Source: Gammaproteobacteria bacterium
Lineage (GTDB): Bacteria > Pseudomonadota > Gammaproteobacteria > VBWC01
Direction: 5' to 3'
Length of the DNA stretch: 64,000 nt
Assembly (NCBI GenBank): GCA_006218035.1
Contig: VBWC01000017.1
Location: 1,408 to 65,407, forward strand
Of this stretch, positions 60,273 to 64,000 are shown piece after piece; positions within the stretch are counted from its first letter, which is position 1, and each line of letters begins with the position of its first letter. The translations under genes were made by a program, and so were the position numbers. The notes under the pieces are model-generated. The model saw nothing but the letters and a program-made list of their open reading frames with translations, did not search any database and was not told where the DNA came from.

Positions 60273-61103
60273 ATGAATATCTGCAAGCCCTGGTGGCGCA
60301 TCGGCGCGCTGGCGGCCATGTTGGTGATCAGCGCCGCAACGGCAGCTGCCGAACTCAGCGCCGAGGACGTGATGAACAAGGCGTTCAATGTCTACGGCGG
60401 TGACGATTCTATATCGACGCTGACGTTCTCGTTCGAGGCCGACGACCAGCCGGAACGCAAACTGGTCTACACCATGCTGTGGAAGCGCTACAAGGGCGAG
60501 GGCAACGTCAATTCAAAATTTCTGTTCATCAAGGAATTCCCGGCGCACGGCCGCGGTATCGCCTACATGTCATGGCGCTATCGGCCGTATGTCGATCAGG
60601 CCGACGATGAATGGATCTATCTACCCGAGCTGCGCACCGTGCGCAAGGTCAGCCATCGCGACAATATCGAGGAAGACGAGGAGTTTGCCGCCACCGAACT
60701 GAAGCCGTTCGATCTCGATCCGCGCCATCCGTCACGCGACAGCCATACGCTGACCGGCACCGAGGAGATTGACGGCGTCACGTACTATGTCATCGAAAGC
60801 TCGCGCAAGGACGAAGCGGAGTTCTACCCGTACCGCAAGGTGGTGCGCTGGATTTCCGCCGACCGCTTTCTGACGACGAAAATCCATTATTTTGATCTGG
60901 ACGGTAATCTGCGCAAGCAGCAGACGACGGAGTGGCAGCCTGTCGGTGATGCATGGTCGTGGAAGGCACTGGACGTCGAGAACGTGCAGAACGGCCACAA
61001 GACGCGCCTGGAGGTTTCCGATATCCGCCTCAACACCGGGCTCAGCGACGACGTTTTTTCGCAGCGCACGATGAAGACCGGACTGCGCGGCAAGCTGCGC
61101 TAG
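60273..61103 (+). CDS. Outer-membrane lipoprotein-sorting (LolA-like) family exported protein
   Basis: RBS GGAGGA, signal peptide MNICKPWWRIGALAAMLVISAATAAA, 276 aa. The listed ORF starts upstream at 60027. Confidence 0.6.
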   Translation: MNICKPWWRIGALAAMLVISAATAAAELSAEDVMNKAFNVYGGDDSISTLTFSFEADDQPERKLVYTMLWKRYKGEGNVNSKFLFIKEFPAHGRGIAYMSWRYRPYVDQADDEWIYLPELRTVRKVSHRDNIEEDEEFAATELKPFDLDPRHPSRDSHTLTGTEEIDGVTYYVIESSRKDEAEFYPYRKVVRWISADRFLTTKIHYFDLDGNLRKQQTTEWQPVGDAWSWKALDVENVQNGHKTRLEVSDIRLNTGLSDDVFSQRTMKTGLRGKLR

Positions 61104-61501
61104 TCTGCCGATTCGGCGACGACGGTGATCGGATGTTCGGCGACCCACGGGGCCGAGTGATTCGGCGCAGCGAGTGCGCGCAGTGTCGTCGAGGTTTGCA
61201 GCGTTATGGTCAGCGTCACTTGCGGCACGCTCATGGTCGGCGTCAGATCAACGCGCGCGATCTCGACATCGCCGGCATACAGCGCGATGTAACGGATGAA
61301 ATGATCGGTCAGTGACGGATGCTGTTTTTCACCGATCGCGATCATGACGTCAAACGCCTCGCCGGGTTTGACCTTGTCCGGCGCGCTGATGATCGGCGTG
61401 TGCGCCGTATTCGTTTCGCGTTGCAGGGTGTCAAACGGACCGGCGATCGATACACCGGACCAAACGAATAGTGCCAATAACGCTGTGCCGCGATTCATCA
61501 T
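61100..61501 (-). CDS. Exported superoxide-reductase (desulfoferrodoxin-fold)-like protein lacking the Cys ligand
   Basis: Signal peptide. AHTPIIS, GEKQHPSLTDHFIRYIALY and APNHSAPW align with the remembered 1Fe-SOR motifs (KHVPVIE, HPNTTEHHIRYIELY, CNIHGLW), with Pro in place of Cys. Confidence 0.5.
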   Translation of the reverse strand: MMNRGTALLALFVWSGVSIAGPFDTLQRETNTAHTPIISAPDKVKPGEAFDVMIAIGEKQHPSLTDHFIRYIALYAGDVEIARVDLTPTMSVPQVTLTITLQTSTTLRALAAPNHSAPWVAEHPITVVAESAD

Positions 61502-61600
61502 GGGTAACTTCCTCCGTGGCGTTATCATTTTGCGCCCGATATCAGAGCGGCGATTGTGAGGCTTGCACCACGGTCTTCGCAACCATGGTGGCCGCGTGGA

Positions 61601-62215
61601 TTAGGGCTTGAAGGCGTCGTCCGCCAGAACCGCTAGCAACTCCTGCTTGTGGTCGGGAAAGAAGTGGCCGGCGTCGGCCAAGGCATGGAAACTGACGTCG
61701 GGCAACGTCCGGCTCCAGCGCTGGACATCGTCAAACGGCACGATTTCGTCGTTGGTACCGATCACCACCGTCAACGGGCGCGTGTCTTCCCGCATGAAAG
61801 AAAAATCATAATGGTTGACCGCGGGCGCGACGGCAAACAGGCGCGTGACGCGTTGATCGTCGTGCGCGGCGCGCAGGCCGGCGTAACATCCGAACGAGAA
61901 TCCGGCGATCCATAACGGCTCTTCCGGGTGTCGATCATGCAGCCAGGCGAGTGCAGCGCGAGCGTCATCGGTCTCGCCGACACCGTTGTCCCAGCGGCCC
62001 TCGCTGTCATCGACGCCGCGGAAATTGAATCGCAACACCGTGCAACCGTGCTGGCGAAACGTCTGCGCGATCCAGTAAACGACCTTGTTGTTCATCGTGC
62101 CGCCATAAAGCGGGTGGGGATGACAAACGACGACGGCGGGTTTATCGGCGTCGCCGGGCTGGTAGATCGCCTGCAAACGCCCGGCAGGCCCCTGGATAAA
62201 CAGACGTTCAGACAT
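61601..62215 (-). CDS. Alpha/beta-fold hydrolase
   Basis: 204 aa with the nucleophile elbow GFSFG and a C-terminal GHFF. Confidence 0.7.
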   Translation of the reverse strand: MSERLFIQGPAGRLQAIYQPGDADKPAVVVCHPHPLYGGTMNNKVVYWIAQTFRQHGCTVLRFNFRGVDDSEGRWDNGVGETDDARAALAWLHDRHPEEPLWIAGFSFGCYAGLRAAHDDQRVTRLFAVAPAVNHYDFSFMREDTRPLTVVIGTNDEIVPFDDVQRWSRTLPDVSFHALADAGHFFPDHKQELLAVLADDAFKP

Positions 62216-62248
62216 TGGCGGGTAACGGTGCGGCAGGCCGGCGTGTTA

Positions 62249-64000
62249 CTAGGCCGACTTCGGCAGCCTGTGGCCGTGTTTTTTCACGTGCACAAGCAAC
62301 AGCGAGATCGCCGCCGGTGTAACCCCCGGGACGCGGGACGCCTGACCGAGGGTTTGCGGGGCGACCGCAGACAATTTCTGGCGCACCTCGCTCGACAGGC
62401 CGCGCACATCGTTATAGTCGACGTCGGCCGGAATACGCAGTTCGTCGTTGCGGCGCTGGCGCGCGATCTCGTCTTCCTGACGGTCTATGTAGCCCGCGTA
62501 TTTGGCCTGGATGTCCACCTGCTGACGTACCGCCGGATCGGCCGCACCGTCACCGGTGCCAGGCAGTGTCATCAGGCTTTCGTAGTTCACCCCGGGGCGG
62601 CGCAACAGTTCCATCAGATTCTGGTTGCGGCTCAACGGCGTGCCCAACACGCGCTCGGCATCCGCGACAGGCAAACGCTCCGGATGCAGCCAAGTGGTAC
62701 GCAGTCGCTGTTGTTCGCGTTCCAGTGCTTCGCGTTTCTGTTCGAACAATCGCCAGCGTTCGTCGTCGACCAGACCCAGCTCGCGACCCTGCGCGGTCAG
62801 ACGCAGATCGGCGTTATCCTCGCGCAGCAGCAGCCGGTACTCGGCACGACTGGTGAACATGCGATACGGTTCCAGCGTGCCGCGCGTGATCAGGTCGTCG
62901 ATCATAACGCCGATGTACGCCTCGTCGCGGCGCGGGCACCACGCCTCCAGGTCGTTCACCCGGCGCGCGGCATTGAGGCCGGCGATCAGCCCCTGGGCCG
63001 CGGCTTCTTCATAACCGGTCGTGCCGTTGATCTGGCCGGCGAAGAACAGACCATCAATATGTTTCGTTTCCAGCGACGCCTGCAAGTCGCGCGGATCGAA
63101 GTAGTCATATTCGATCGCGTAACCGGGCCGCGTGATATGCGCGTGCTCAAAACCACGGATCGAACGCACCAGCGCATATTGCACGTCGAAGGGCAGACTG
63201 GTCGAGATCCCGTTCGGATAGACCTCATGCGTGTTCAGCCCCTCGGGCTCAACAAAGATCTGGTGCGAGCCACGCTCGCTGAAACGCACGATCTTGTCCT
63301 CGATCGACGGGCAATAGCGCGGGCCGACGCCTTCGATCACGCCGGTGTACATCGGCGAACGATCCAACCCGCTGCGGACGATCTCATGGGTCTGTTCGTT
63401 CGTCGCCGTAATATGACAGACGATCTGGGCGGGATGCTCGGCAACGGACCCGATATAGGAAAACACCGGCGCTGGCGTATCGCCGGGTTGCGCAGCAAGC
63501 TGGCGGTAATCAATCGTGCGGCCGTCGATGCGCGGCGGCGTGCCGGTCTTCAGGCGCGCGACGCGTAACGGCAGTTCACGCAGCCGGCTCGCCAGCGCGT
63601 TCGCCGGGGGATCGCCGGCGCGACCGCCCGGGTAATTCGCCAGGCCGATGTGAATACGGCCGCCGAGAAACGTGCCGACGGTCAGCACCACGGCGCGCGC
63701 GGCGAAACGCAGGCCCATCTGCGTGACGACGCCGGTGACGCGGCCGTGCTCGACGAGCAGATCATCGACGGCCTGCTGGAATATGAAAAGGTTCGGCTGG
63801 CCCTCGACCGCCGCGCGTATCGCCTGCCGGTACAGCACGCGGTCGGCCTGTGCACGGGTCGCGCGCACCGCCGGGCCCTTGCTCGCGTTCAGGATGCGGA
63901 ACTGGATGCCGGCGCGGTCGGTCGCGCGCGCCATCACGCCACCGAGCGCGTCGATCTCCTTGACCAGATGCCCCTTGCCAATGCCGCCGACCGCCGGATT
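62249..64000 (-). CDS. mnmG: tRNA uridine 5-carboxymethylaminomethyl modification enzyme MnmG (GidA). The N-terminus is outside the window.
   Basis: Strong family similarity. The reading frame stays open from 63937 to the window edge (…[17 protein letters not shown]). Confidence 0.95.
   Translation of the reverse strand, partial: NPAVGGIGKGHLVKEIDALGGVMARATDRAGIQFRILNASKGPAVRATRAQADRVLYRQAIRAAVEGQPNLFIFQQAVDDLLVEHGRVTGVVTQMGLRFAARAVVLTVGTFLGGRIHIGLANYPGGRAGDPPANALASRLRELPLRVARLKTGTPPRIDGRTIDYRQLAAQPGDTPAPVFSYIGSVAEHPAQIVCHITATNEQTHEIVRSGLDRSPMYTGVIEGVGPRYCPSIEDKIVRFSERGSHQIFVEPEGLNTHEVYPNGISTSLPFDVQYALVRSIRGFEHAHITRPGYAIEYDYFDPRDLQASLETKHIDGLFFAGQINGTTGYEEAAAQGLIAGLNAARRVNDLEAWCPRRDEAYIGVMIDDLITRGTLEPYRMFTSRAEYRLLLREDNADLRLTAQGRELGLVDDERWRLFEQKREALEREQQRLRTTWLHPERLPVADAERVLGTPLSRNQNLMELLRRPGVNYESLMTLPGTGDGAADPAVRQQVDIQAKYAGYIDRQEDEIARQRRNDELRIPADVDYNDVRGLSSEVRQKLSAVAPQTLGQASRVPGVTPAAISLLLVHVKKHGHRLPKSA

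Overview
This is a GC-rich proteobacterial chromosome segment. The gene order looks like the origin-proximal region of a gammaproteobacterium. Most genes are on the minus strand. Read from the high-coordinate end: mnmG (partial), three interposed genes, rsmG-parA-parB, the full F1Fo ATP synthase operon (atpZ-like/atpI/BEFHAGDC), and glmU-glmS. Next comes an AT-rich accessory stretch between glmS and greB. It holds a Fic protein bracketed by a 218-bp duplication of the glmS 3' end, and a stand-alone SIR2-family protein. Then follow bcp, a four-gene cytochrome operon (b561 / membrane protein / DUF1924 / diheme DHC), fructokinase with a degraded sucrose-synthase-family remnant, and tRNA-Arg(CCG) followed by three tandem copies of its own 3' end. 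Beside that array sits an alanine-rich gene whose C-terminus carries the LG-repeat/AWGP signature of the magnetosome proteins Mms6/MamG/MamD. After that: an EEP nuclease-family gene, an AlsS-like TPP enzyme, dsbA, a cNMP-binding protein, engB, polA (with a candidate Spot42/ErsA-position sRNA between polA and engB), a LOG-family gene, DUF2782 and thrB. Then a complete type II secretion operon gspCDEFGHIJKLMN, followed directly by TRAP dctQM with no dctP. The low-coordinate end is a large signalling cluster: PilZ, HD-GYP, a receiver remnant, Hpt, REC-PAS, HDOD, an MHYT-PAS-GAF histidine kinase, a REC-histidine kinase, and a partial response regulator. A MITE/REP-like family with core GTCATTCCCGCGAAAGCGGGAATCCAG occurs four times. 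No CRISPR array, rRNA, integrase or transposase gene is visible. The items most worth a second look are the solitary MamD/Mms6-like gene, the greB-glmS accessory hotspot (SIR2, Fic, glmS 3' repeats, iteron-like array), the tRNA-Arg 3'-end tandem array, and the candidate sRNA downstream of polA.
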